A stretch of DNA of 53,999 nt from a virus (Duplodnaviria; Caudoviricetes), in IMG/VR virus record IMGVR_UViG_3300034061_004173, positions 1-53,999 of that record, one strand, 5' to 3'. This document shows, piece after piece, positions 46,698 through 53,999 of the stretch; position 1 is the stretch's first letter; each line of letters opens with the position of its first letter. The notes under the pieces are model-generated. The model ran no database searches, was not told the origin of the DNA, and saw nothing but the letters and a program-made list of their open reading frames with translations. The position numbers and the translations under genes were made by a program.

Positions 46698-47420
46698 ATG
46701 GAAAATAAAATCAAACCAAGTATTCAGACAGGAGCAATGACTTTAGTATTGCTTGTTCAAAATTATAGAAGTCAAATGATTGCTTTGTTGTTGAAAAATG
46801 GTGTTACTGTTAAAAGCGGTGCTTCAAATCAACAAATTGCTCTAATTATGGCTAATCTTTTAAAGATTTCAAAATCTTTTTCAAGAGATTTACAAATGTT
46901 TATTCAAAATCCAAAAGTTGTTGAAGTTCTTGCAGGTGGTCTTATTCAAAATACTGAATATTTTAGAGCAAGTGGATTCGCAGATAAAAATAACGATAAC
47001 TCTAAATACTTTAGAGCAGATGGCTTTATGAATTATCAAGGAAGTAGATACGGCTTTGAAGATGTTTCTTTTAAACCCGATGATTCTGAAACTGAAACTT
47101 CAGGAACACCACCAAAAGCATCATTTTGGTCAGGATTAAACTTTGCTGATTTACTTAACAAAGGTTTACAAACTTTTGGTAATATAGACAAGAATAAAAC
47201 TGACAGAGCAATTGCAAATGCACAAGCACAAGTAGGCGCAAATGTAGGAGCGTTTAATGTAGGTTCAGGTTCAGGTTCAGGTTCAGGTTCAGGTTCAGGT
47301 TCAGGAGATAATGATGGCGATGGCGATGGAATTAGTACTACTACAATTGTTGTATTAAGTTTAGTAGGTGTTGCAGTAATAGGAACTATCATATATTTTG
47401 TAACAAGACCTAAAACCTAA
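46698..47420 (+). CDS. C-terminal TM protein with YFRASG/YFRADG motifs and a (GS)7 linker
   Basis: ggttca x7 at 47262-47303; IVVLSLVGVAVIGTIIYFV. Confidence 0.7.
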   Translation: MENKIKPSIQTGAMTLVLLVQNYRSQMIALLLKNGVTVKSGASNQQIALIMANLLKISKSFSRDLQMFIQNPKVVEVLAGGLIQNTEYFRASGFADKNNDNSKYFRADGFMNYQGSRYGFEDVSFKPDDSETETSGTPPKASFWSGLNFADLLNKGLQTFGNIDKNKTDRAIANAQAQVGANVGAFNVGSGSGSGSGSGSGSGDNDGDGDGISTTTIVVLSLVGVAVIGTIIYFVTRPKT

Positions 47421-47432
47421 AAAAAATTAGTT

Positions 47433-47660
47433 ATGGTTATTGATGAACAAATGTTATCAAATATAATTGGGAGTTCTGTTGGAATTTACCCAAATGACGT
47501 AGCAAATATGCTTGTAAAAAATAATGTACTTGCACCCGCTCCCGAATACACGCTTGACCAATTGGTAGAGGGTGTTTTTGTCGGTTTAAATCAAAATCCA
47601 AGTTTTGCTCAAGAATATGCTTCTTGGTTAGAACAAATCGTAACCACATTAACTTTTTAA
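47433..47660 (+). CDS. Small helical protein similar to the N-terminus of 46698
   Basis: MLVKNNV..NPSFAQEY versus LLLKNGV..SKSFSRDL. Confidence 0.6.
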   Translation: MVIDEQMLSNIIGSSVGIYPNDVANMLVKNNVLAPAPEYTLDQLVEGVFVGLNQNPSFAQEYASWLEQIVTTLTF

Positions 47661-47671
47661 ATAAATAAGAT

Positions 47672-47977
47672 ATGAGTTGGGATATTGGAGGAATAGTAAA
47701 AGCAATTGCACCTGCCGTTGTAGGTTTAGGAGCAAGTTTGGTTATGAATAATCAAGCAGTTAAAAACGCTCAAGGACAGGCAAATGCTCAACAAGAAGCA
47801 CTTAATGCGCAGTATGCAATTGCGCAACAAAACGCAAAGAACATTGAGTTGATGAAACAATTGGGGAAAGAACCCCCTAAAGAAAAAAGCAAATTACCTC
47901 TTTACATAGGTTTAGGTGTTGGTGGGGTTTTAGTAGTTGGTGTTATAATTTTTGCGGTTACAAGAAATAAATCTTAA
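47672..47977 (+). CDS. Membrane protein (A/Q-rich helix, C-terminal TM)
   Basis: LYIGLGVGGVLVVGVIIFAV. Confidence 0.65.
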   Translation: MSWDIGGIVKAIAPAVVGLGASLVMNNQAVKNAQGQANAQQEALNAQYAIAQQNAKNIELMKQLGKEPPKEKSKLPLYIGLGVGGVLVVGVIIFAVTRNKS

Positions 47978-47988
47978 TAATTTTAAAT

Positions 47989-48201
47989 ATGGATTTTTTA
48001 GCACAAGCAAAAGATATTGCAAGTAAAGACAAAAGAGAAGTTCTTATGATAACTACAAAAGCATCTGTAAATGGTGCGGTTACAGGACTTGTTTTAGGAC
48101 TTATGCTTGGTTATTGGAAAAACAAAAACATTTACATTACAGGTCTTGTCGGTGCGGTAATCGGCGGAGTTGCAACAAGTATAATAGTTAATAAAAAGTA
48201 A
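47989..48201 (+). CDS. Glycine-zipper two-TM protein
   Basis: GAVTGLVLGLMLG; GLVGAVIGG. Confidence 0.65.
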   Translation: MDFLAQAKDIASKDKREVLMITTKASVNGAVTGLVLGLMLGYWKNKNIYITGLVGAVIGGVATSIIVNKK

Positions 48202-48202
48202 G

Positions 48203-48745
48203 ATGAAAAAATCAAACTTAATAATTGGAATTGGAATTATATCTTTAGGCGTAATAGGTTTTTTTATTTTTAAAAACAAGAAAAAACAAGGTAGCGAAAT
48301 TGAAACAGATGAAGAAGTAGCATTTGAAAGTGCTGATGGAAAAACATCAAAAAGCACAACAATTAAACCTACAAAAATCGTAAAAATAAAAGATTATCAA
48401 AATTTATTATTAAATACGAATGTTGAAAAACTAAAAAAAGATTTAATTGGTAAAAATATTTATACTTTTATTCCAAATGTTATAGTTAGAAATAAGCCTT
48501 ACGTTGATGATATTGGTATCTTTAATTCAAAAAGGTTTAAAATAAAAAATAAAGGAAGTTTTATTGGTCAAGTTGCTGACGTAATGTTAGAAAAAAATGG
48601 CACAAAGTATTTTTTAGCAATAAGCGAAAAAAATTACAATAAAAATTTAGATGGATATTTATTTCCATTTTTTAACCCTCGAAATAGACCAACAAAATAT
48701 AAAAATTGGGTAAGAACTACTGATGTAGTTGTAGATACGAACTAA
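48203..48745 (+). CDS. N-terminal TM protein with an FESADG motif
   Basis: LIIGIGIISLGVIGFFIF. Confidence 0.65.
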   Translation: MKKSNLIIGIGIISLGVIGFFIFKNKKKQGSEIETDEEVAFESADGKTSKSTTIKPTKIVKIKDYQNLLLNTNVEKLKKDLIGKNIYTFIPNVIVRNKPYVDDIGIFNSKRFKIKNKGSFIGQVADVMLEKNGTKYFLAISEKNYNKNLDGYLFPFFNPRNRPTKYKNWVRTTDVVVDTN

Positions 48746-48762
48746 TAAAAAATAAAATAGTT

Positions 48763-49569
48763 ATGGATTCAGCAAAATTATTAATAATAGGAGGAGTAGC
48801 ATTAGGAGGTTTTTACCTTTTTAATAAAAGCAAAAAAGATAGAGAAAATTCTCAAATATTAGTGTTACAAAACACTCAACCGCAAACTGCAACACTATCA
48901 CAGTTAGAGTTAGAAAGCAAACCTAACGGTAAAGAAATTGTTACTCCAAAAGAAGCAACAGTTTATGCTACAAAAACGATAGCAGAAGTTAATTCTCTTA
49001 TGGTTAAATATCCGCTACTTACAAAGCAAGAGTTTGTGGATAATTATAATAGTTCATACAAAACGGATTTAATTATTGATACTGACGGAAATATAGTTGC
49101 GAAAAAATCAACGGTTTCTCCGCCAATAATTCAAGGTAATGGACTTCAAGGTTTAGTAAATCAATTAGTGATAATAAGAACATTAGATGGCACGGCTTCA
49201 AACGTTAATAACACATTTAAAGGTCAGCAAATGATATATGCTCGTTGGAAATCAGACTTTTCTACTGTTTATAGTGATTTGAAAAATTATTATTCTACTT
49301 TAACAAAAGAACAAGCAGATTTTATAATAAAATATTTGCCAAAAATGATTATTAAAGCATTTATGGGAGATAATGACCCAAGAGTAAGGGCTAATGATTT
49401 TTATTCTCAAGAAGAAATTATTGATTTCATTGATAATAGTTTTGTAAAAGACGAAGATAAACTTTTAGAGTTTGCTTTAGGTAATTTCTTTAGGAATTAT
49501 CAAATGTCAATTGGGGCATATTCAGGAATTAAGACCGCTATTGGTACAAAAACGCCTATATATAATTAA
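48763..49569 (+). CDS. N-terminal TM hypothetical protein
   Basis: LLIIGGVALGGFYLF. Confidence 0.65.
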   Translation: MDSAKLLIIGGVALGGFYLFNKSKKDRENSQILVLQNTQPQTATLSQLELESKPNGKEIVTPKEATVYATKTIAEVNSLMVKYPLLTKQEFVDNYNSSYKTDLIIDTDGNIVAKKSTVSPPIIQGNGLQGLVNQLVIIRTLDGTASNVNNTFKGQQMIYARWKSDFSTVYSDLKNYYSTLTKEQADFIIKYLPKMIIKAFMGDNDPRVRANDFYSQEEIIDFIDNSFVKDEDKLLEFALGNFFRNYQMSIGAYSGIKTAIGTKTPIYN

Positions 49570-49582
49570 AAATTAAAAAAAA

Positions 49583-49693
49583 ATGAAAAAACCAAATATT
49601 TTATTAGCAGTAGTAGGATTAGTAGTTTCTCTTGGAGTAGTTTATGGATATACCTACATTATTGGAAAGTCTTGGAAAGCAAGTCAAAAATAA
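49583..49693 (+). CDS. 36-aa TM peptide (not in ORF track)
   Basis: MKKPNILLAVVGLVVSLGVVYGYTYIIGKSWKASQK; paralog of 50618. Confidence 0.6.
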   Translation: MKKPNILLAVVGLVVSLGVVYGYTYIIGKSWKASQK

Positions 49694-49718
49694 TTAACAA
49701 TTAAAATCAAAAAAAAAG

Positions 49719-49961
49719 ATGAAAAAAGAGTATATTGTTGGCGGTTTAGCAATAGTAGGTGCAATTGCATTGATTACCTATTATAATAAGCCAAAAAGAA
49801 ATTCAGAGGGATTTTTTGGAGCAAGTGGTAAAGTAACGAGTATAGGTCAAGCCCCAAAAGGAAATTGTGCTTGGTGTAAAGATAGTGAGGGAGTAACCTA
49901 TCATACAGGGAAAGGCAGAAGTTGTGATAGTGGCGACAGATGTATTACACGATACGCATAA
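49719..49961 (+). CDS. TM-anchor family member with a Cys-rich tail
   Basis: YIVGGLAIVGAIAL..RNSEGFFGASG. Confidence 0.65.
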   Translation: MKKEYIVGGLAIVGAIALITYYNKPKRNSEGFFGASGKVTSIGQAPKGNCAWCKDSEGVTYHTGKGRSCDSGDRCITRYA

Positions 49962-50005
49962 TTTATTTTAAATTAAAAAAAGTATTAATATTAAAATTTA
50001 AAACA

Positions 50006-50377
50006 ATGCAAAAAAAGTATATCATCGGAGGTTTAGCAGTAGTAGGTGCAATTGCATTATTTACTTATTTAAAACCTAAAAAGAAACTAAATTCAGATGG
50101 TTTTTATGGTGCGCACGGAGTAAGTAGTTTTCCAAACTTAACAACAAATCCATTTGTACCAAGTTCTTTTACAAGACAAGATAGATTTTGTAAAGTTTGT
50201 GTGCAGTATGATAAAAAACCATCGCCTAAAGGGGGATTTTTATATATGAAAAGTCTTTACAACCCAAATAATCAAATTAACGAATTATTTAGCATAACGG
50301 AACAAGAGTTTACAATGGCATTTACTAAAAATGGATTTTGTGGGAAAACTCCACCAAAACAAAACATTTATAAATAA
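50006..50377 (+). CDS. TM-anchor family member; true start is probably ATG 50006
   Basis: YIIGGLAVVGAIAL..LNSDGFYGAHG. Confidence 0.65.
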   Translation: MQKKYIIGGLAVVGAIALFTYLKPKKKLNSDGFYGAHGVSSFPNLTTNPFVPSSFTRQDRFCKVCVQYDKKPSPKGGFLYMKSLYNPNNQINELFSITEQEFTMAFTKNGFCGKTPPKQNIYK

Positions 50378-50389
50378 ACAATTAAAAAA

Positions 50390-50578
50390 ATGGAAAAGAA
50401 GTATATCATTGGAGGTTTAGCAATCGTAGGAGCAATTGCGTTATTTATGTATTTAAAACCTAAAAAGAAACGTAATTCAGAGGGTTTTTACGGAGCAGAT
50501 GGTGGAAAAAAATATGCAACTATCGGTAGTGATGATGGTCGAACTGCACCTCCAAGAAGTATGGGAGGAAGAGGTTAA
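50390..50578 (+). CDS. TM-anchor family member
   Basis: YIIGGLAIVGAIAL..RNSEGFYGADGG. Confidence 0.65.
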   Translation: MEKKYIIGGLAIVGAIALFMYLKPKKKRNSEGFYGADGGKKYATIGSDDGRTAPPRSMGGRG

Positions 50579-50617
50579 ACATAAAAAAAAAATACTAACA
50601 ATTAAAATTTTATAAAG

Positions 50618-50752
50618 ATGGGAACATTTTATGATGAAAAAGACAATTCAATAACAACAAGTAACTTGGTGTACATTGGAGTATCAGCATTGGCTCTTTT
50701 TGGAGTAGTTTACCTTGTAGGTCGTGCTTGGAAAAAAAGTCAAACTGCGTAA
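50618..50752 (+). CDS. 44-aa TM peptide (not in ORF track)
   Basis: ..LVYIGVSALALFGVVYLVGRAWKKSQTA. Confidence 0.6.
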   Translation: MGTFYDEKDNSITTSNLVYIGVSALALFGVVYLVGRAWKKSQTA

Positions 50753-50781
50753 TTATATTAAGAACGCAAAAAAAAAAATTT

Positions 50782-51042
50782 ATGAATAAGAATACGATGT
50801 TATATGGATTATTAGTTGCGGGTGGATTACTTGCTTACTATGCTTGGAAAAAAAACAAAGCAAATACTGAAAAAACGATGACAAGTCCAACTTCAACATC
50901 GGGTACTTTTGTAGATGATGTTAGTGTTTTAGAAATTGGTACAGGAGGTATTAAACCACCAAGACCTATTTTAAAAAGCCAAATCGTTGAGCCTTTAATT
51001 GCAGAAAATAAAAAATTAGATTTATCAGGTCAATTAATGTAA
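50782..51042 (+). CDS. N-terminal TM protein; true start is probably ATG 50782
   Basis: MNKNTMLYGLLVAGGLLAYYAWKK. Confidence 0.6.
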   Translation: MNKNTMLYGLLVAGGLLAYYAWKKNKANTEKTMTSPTSTSGTFVDDVSVLEIGTGGIKPPRPILKSQIVEPLIAENKKLDLSGQLM

Positions 51043-51061
51043 TCTTAAAAAACAATAACTT

Positions 51062-51214
51062 ATGAACACTAAAAAAATCATAGGAATAGTAATATTAGGG
51101 GCTTCGGTAGGATTATTAGTTTATATCTACAAAGGCTTCTTACAACCAAGAATGGAAGTTGATGCCGAAATAAAAAGCGGTAAAACTTCTCCAACAACAA
51201 CAACAACAAAATAA
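51062..51214 (+). CDS. 50-aa TM peptide (not in ORF track)
   Basis: MNTKKIIGIVILGASVGLLVYIYKG.. Confidence 0.6.
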   Translation: MNTKKIIGIVILGASVGLLVYIYKGFLQPRMEVDAEIKSGKTSPTTTTTK

Positions 51215-51217
51215 ATT

Positions 51218-51553
51218 ATGGAAACAAAACAGAAAAGTCCAAATAGGCTTTGGCGAGAAAGCGGAACTTCTTTAAGTTTTGCAGATTGGATTCAGAGAGA
51301 AAAGGATAAGGGTGCTTTTTTAGCAAATAAAAAATTTGATAATTTTTCAAATGTAAATGGTTTTATAGATAATGATACTTGGATTGAACAACTTAAAAGT
51401 CAAGCAAGAATAAATTTAGGCATTGACAAAGTTGTTTCTGACAAAAAGAAGAAAAATAATACTTTTGTAGGTTTGAATAAAAATATTTTGATTTTATCAG
51501 GAATAATTATTATTGGGGCAATAGGCTATAAAATTTATCAAAATAGAAAGTAA
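51218..51553 (+). CDS. C-terminal TM protein with an FSNVNG motif
   Basis: ILILSGIIIIGAIGYKIY. Confidence 0.65.
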   Translation: METKQKSPNRLWRESGTSLSFADWIQREKDKGAFLANKKFDNFSNVNGFIDNDTWIEQLKSQARINLGIDKVVSDKKKKNNTFVGLNKNILILSGIIIIGAIGYKIYQNRK

Positions 51554-51554
51554 T

Positions 51555-52340
51555 ATGAACTTAAGGTTAGATACAAGATACGAAGAAATGTGCTTGGTGG
51601 TAAAAGTAGCAGTTACAATGCCTACCAAAGTCAGAATTAAAATTTTTGACGAACAGAAACCAAAAATCGTTTTTACAGATAGATACAAAACTGTTACTTC
51701 TGACTATACTTTTTATGTTCGTATGCCAATTACGTCAAAAAGCATTATAATTTCCGTCTATGATGATAAAAAGGGAAATACTCCTCAATCAGAAGACAAA
51801 AATATTAAAGTTGTTTCGGTGGATAAAACACCTTTGCAAAAGAGAATTGACGTAGTTGATATTCACAACCCTACTATTGCTTATTTTGTTGATTTCGCAC
51901 AAAGATTTTGTTATAACGCACCATATTTAGAGGCAAATAAATCATACCAATCGGATAACGGTGGTTTTATGATTGAGTATTTACCAACAATAATTGATGC
52001 AAAAGGAAAAGAACTTACAACACCTGCAAGAATATCAAGGATTTCAGGTCGTATTCAGGTTTCAAAAAAACAATTTGACCGATACACAGTACCTATGAGA
52101 TTTGCAATTCTTTGTCACGAATTTAGTCACTTCTACGTTAATGAAGATATGACTGACGAAAGTGAAGCAGATATGAATGGATTATTGATTTATTTAGGAC
52201 TTGGTTATCCTCGAATAGAGGCTTTTGAAGCATTTTTAGAAGTTTTTGAGCATTACCCAAGCCAAGAGAATAAAAGACGTTACGATAAGATTAAAAACTT
52301 TATCGACAACTTTGAAAAAGATAATATAGTATTTAGATAA
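51555..52340 (+). CDS. Zincin (HExxH) metallopeptidase-like protein with a beta-rich N-domain
   Basis: FAILCHEFSHF..ESEAD. Confidence 0.7.
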   Translation: MNLRLDTRYEEMCLVVKVAVTMPTKVRIKIFDEQKPKIVFTDRYKTVTSDYTFYVRMPITSKSIIISVYDDKKGNTPQSEDKNIKVVSVDKTPLQKRIDVVDIHNPTIAYFVDFAQRFCYNAPYLEANKSYQSDNGGFMIEYLPTIIDAKGKELTTPARISRISGRIQVSKKQFDRYTVPMRFAILCHEFSHFYVNEDMTDESEADMNGLLIYLGLGYPRIEAFEAFLEVFEHYPSQENKRRYDKIKNFIDNFEKDNIVFR

Positions 52341-52353
52341 AAAAAATATAGGT

Positions 52354-53331
52354 ATGGAAAATTATAAAAATTTGGTTTTACAAAATGAAATTGATAATGC
52401 ACAAATGATACGACCAATTAGTAAAGATGGGATTTCTATTATAGACACATATCCTTTGGACGTTATTGAAAGATTAGGTAAATATCAATTTATTTTTGAT
52501 TATTCTGCCAATAGTTCTACTTCTTCATACAATATGAATAATTGGGTTAATTTTTCAAAAGGAGATGTAGTTGAAGTGGTTAGTTTTCAACTTGGAAGTG
52601 CTATGATTAATAACCCAAATTATAAAGAATACGCACCAATAAATAATACTGCTCCAAAAACAGGTTTCTTTTCAGGAATAAATTTTGGAGAACTAGTAAA
52701 AGGGTTAAATGGTGGAAATAGAAAAGAATTAGAAATACCTAAAGAATACTTGCAAAAAGTTGATGATTCTACTTCAGTAACAATTCCAACGGGTGTTAAT
52801 TTTGGTGCTAATCCAAAACCACAACCTATTAGTATTAAGCCAATTGGGATAGGAAGAGAACCAAGTTCAGATGTAATACTTGAAGAAAACGCAACTTTTT
52901 CATTAGTAAAGCCTTTTACTTATTTAACATCTTATACAAAAGGAAGACCTCTTTACGAGTTAGGTGGTGCGGGTATGCTTCAATATGAACAAACACCAAA
53001 TTACGAAACCATTCCTGCGGGAACTAAAGTGACGGGAAGATTATTTAAAAGTATTGCTAATCAAAAGGTAATTAGTGCTATTTCAGGAGTAAGCAATTCA
53101 ATGATTCGACCTACTGTAATTGAAAAAGATTTTCTTGCGGTAAAAGGCTACGGTTCGACAGGCTCAATTAATATTCCATCAGAGTATTTAACGAGAGAAA
53201 TTACTACCAATACAAACAATAATAACGGTAATGTTGTTCCCGTAGCAAATGACAACAAAAATTTATTGATGATTGTAGGTGCTTTTTTAGTAGGGTATGT
53301 ATTATTCAGTAAAGAAACACCATCAACTTAA
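52354..53331 (+). CDS. Protein with duplicated beta domains and a C-terminal TM anchor
   Basis: LEIPKEYL / INIPSEYL; NKNLLMIVGAFLVGYVLF, similar to the 37150/37867 anchor. Confidence 0.65.
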   Translation: MENYKNLVLQNEIDNAQMIRPISKDGISIIDTYPLDVIERLGKYQFIFDYSANSSTSSYNMNNWVNFSKGDVVEVVSFQLGSAMINNPNYKEYAPINNTAPKTGFFSGINFGELVKGLNGGNRKELEIPKEYLQKVDDSTSVTIPTGVNFGANPKPQPISIKPIGIGREPSSDVILEENATFSLVKPFTYLTSYTKGRPLYELGGAGMLQYEQTPNYETIPAGTKVTGRLFKSIANQKVISAISGVSNSMIRPTVIEKDFLAVKGYGSTGSINIPSEYLTREITTNTNNNNGNVVPVANDNKNLLMIVGAFLVGYVLFSKETPST

Positions 53332-53340
53332 AAAGAAATT

Positions 53341-53999
53341 ATGGCAAATTCAATTAATATAAATAAAGCATTATTACTTGTTCATTTCAATAATTTAATT
53401 CTTGGGGAATTAAGAAGAAATGGAATAAACAGTTGGATAGCAGGTGGGGCATTAAGAGATTATTTCTTGAGCAAACCACTAAAATCTGACTGCGATATTT
53501 TCTTTCCAAATCTTTCTGAATTTAATAAAGCAAAAGATTATTTTATGTCAAAAGGGGCTAAAATAATTTGGGAAAGTGAAAACGGAATGAAAATTACATA
53601 CAAGGGTAAGACTTTTGATTTGATAAAAATATTTAATTCAAGTCCTATTGCTACTATAAGCCGTTTTGATTTTACGATTTCTATGTTGGCTACTGACGGA
53701 AAAGACGTTTTTATGGGCGATAAAACGCTTAAAGACTTACAAGACAGAAAATTAGTAATTAACACTATTGTTAATCCTTTAAGTACTCTAAAAAGAGTTT
53801 TAAAGCATTACAAAAAAGGATTTACTATGTCTGCTGAAGAAACAAAAAAACTATATGGTTTTTTAAATAATTTGCCTTATGATGAGTCAGACGATTTATT
53901 AAGTGCAAATGGAAGTTCAGGAGAGGGTTTTACTCCAAATTATTCAGTTACAAAAGATTTGACTGTAATTGAAGAAAAACCTGATTATTTAAGATATGC
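53341..53999 (+). CDS. CCA-adding / poly(A) polymerase-like nucleotidyltransferase, 3'-truncated (not in ORF track)
   Basis: WIAGGALRDYFL..SDCDIF; SRFDFTISMLA; frame open to the window end (..EKPDYLRY). Confidence 0.8.
   Translation, partial: MANSININKALLLVHFNNLILGELRRNGINSWIAGGALRDYFLSKPLKSDCDIFFPNLSEFNKAKDYFMSKGAKIIWESENGMKITYKGKTFDLIKIFNSSPIATISRFDFTISMLATDGKDVFMGDKTLKDLQDRKLVINTIVNPLSTLKRVLKHYKKGFTMSAEETKKLYGFLNNLPYDESDDLLSANGSSGEGFTPNYSVTKDLTVIEEKPDYLRY

Noticed and set aside
42646-50781. Upstream starts given in the ORF track (42646, 44311, 49940, 50728; also 35582)
   Set aside because: These extensions overlap other genes or hairpins; downstream ATGs with A/T-rich leaders fit better
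4598-53765. Minus-strand ORFs in the supplied track (4598, 5535, 7115, 9151, 19891, 20851, 21187, 26293, 30150, 34294, 41212, 44729, 47036, 53538 etc.)
   Set aside because: They lie wholly or mostly antisense to well-supported + strand genes and have no motifs or promoters
1-53999. Alternative genetic code (TAG/TGA recoding as in some crAss-like phages)
   Set aside because: Very long ORFs and high coding density under code 11; TAG ends several genes that abut the next gene
1-53999. tRNA/rRNA genes, integrase, transposase, reverse transcriptase/DGR
   Set aside because: None recognisable; intergenic gaps are short and AT-rich; repeat differences are not adenine-specific

Overview
This AT-rich window is densely coding and almost entirely on the + strand. 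It looks like part of a large virus or phage of a Bacteroidota (Flavobacterium-like) host: it has TAnnTTTG -7 / TTTG -33 promoters and A/T-rich leaders without Shine-Dalgarno sites. There are five blocks. (1) 1-5.8 kb: glycan-modification and accessory genes (acetyltransferase, methyltransferase, GT2, GT4, HNH, RyR-domain, Acb2/Tad1-like). (2) 6.2-14 kb: a zeta-toxin kinase and ART-PolyVal-like ADP-ribosyltransferase genes; the first three genes share a C-terminal PDYL[RK]MFL tag. (3) 14-20 kb: a (GQ/GE)n protein, a MoxR/CobS-like AAA+ ATPase and a vWA-like partner. (4) 20-33 kb: two giant proteins (2836 and 1622 aa) made of small unrelated domains separated by about 50 copies of a [YFML]-[AE]-x-G-G motif, which read like protease-processed polyproteins. 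(5) 33-54 kb: a virion/lysis module with about 30 small membrane-anchored proteins, two lysozyme-fold enzymes, an A32/P9-type (FtsK-HerA) packaging ATPase, a holin / M15 endolysin / spanin-like cassette (one gene frameshifted), a beta-rich candidate jelly-roll major capsid protein, an HExxH protease and a CCA/poly(A)-polymerase-like nucleotidyltransferase. I recognise no terminase, portal or tail genes, which suggests a large tailless, membrane-containing virus. The main candidate novelty is a GG-motif polyprotein cargo system together with a related [FY]xxA[DS]G motif in virion proteins. All family assignments come from motif recognition by eye; no searches were run.
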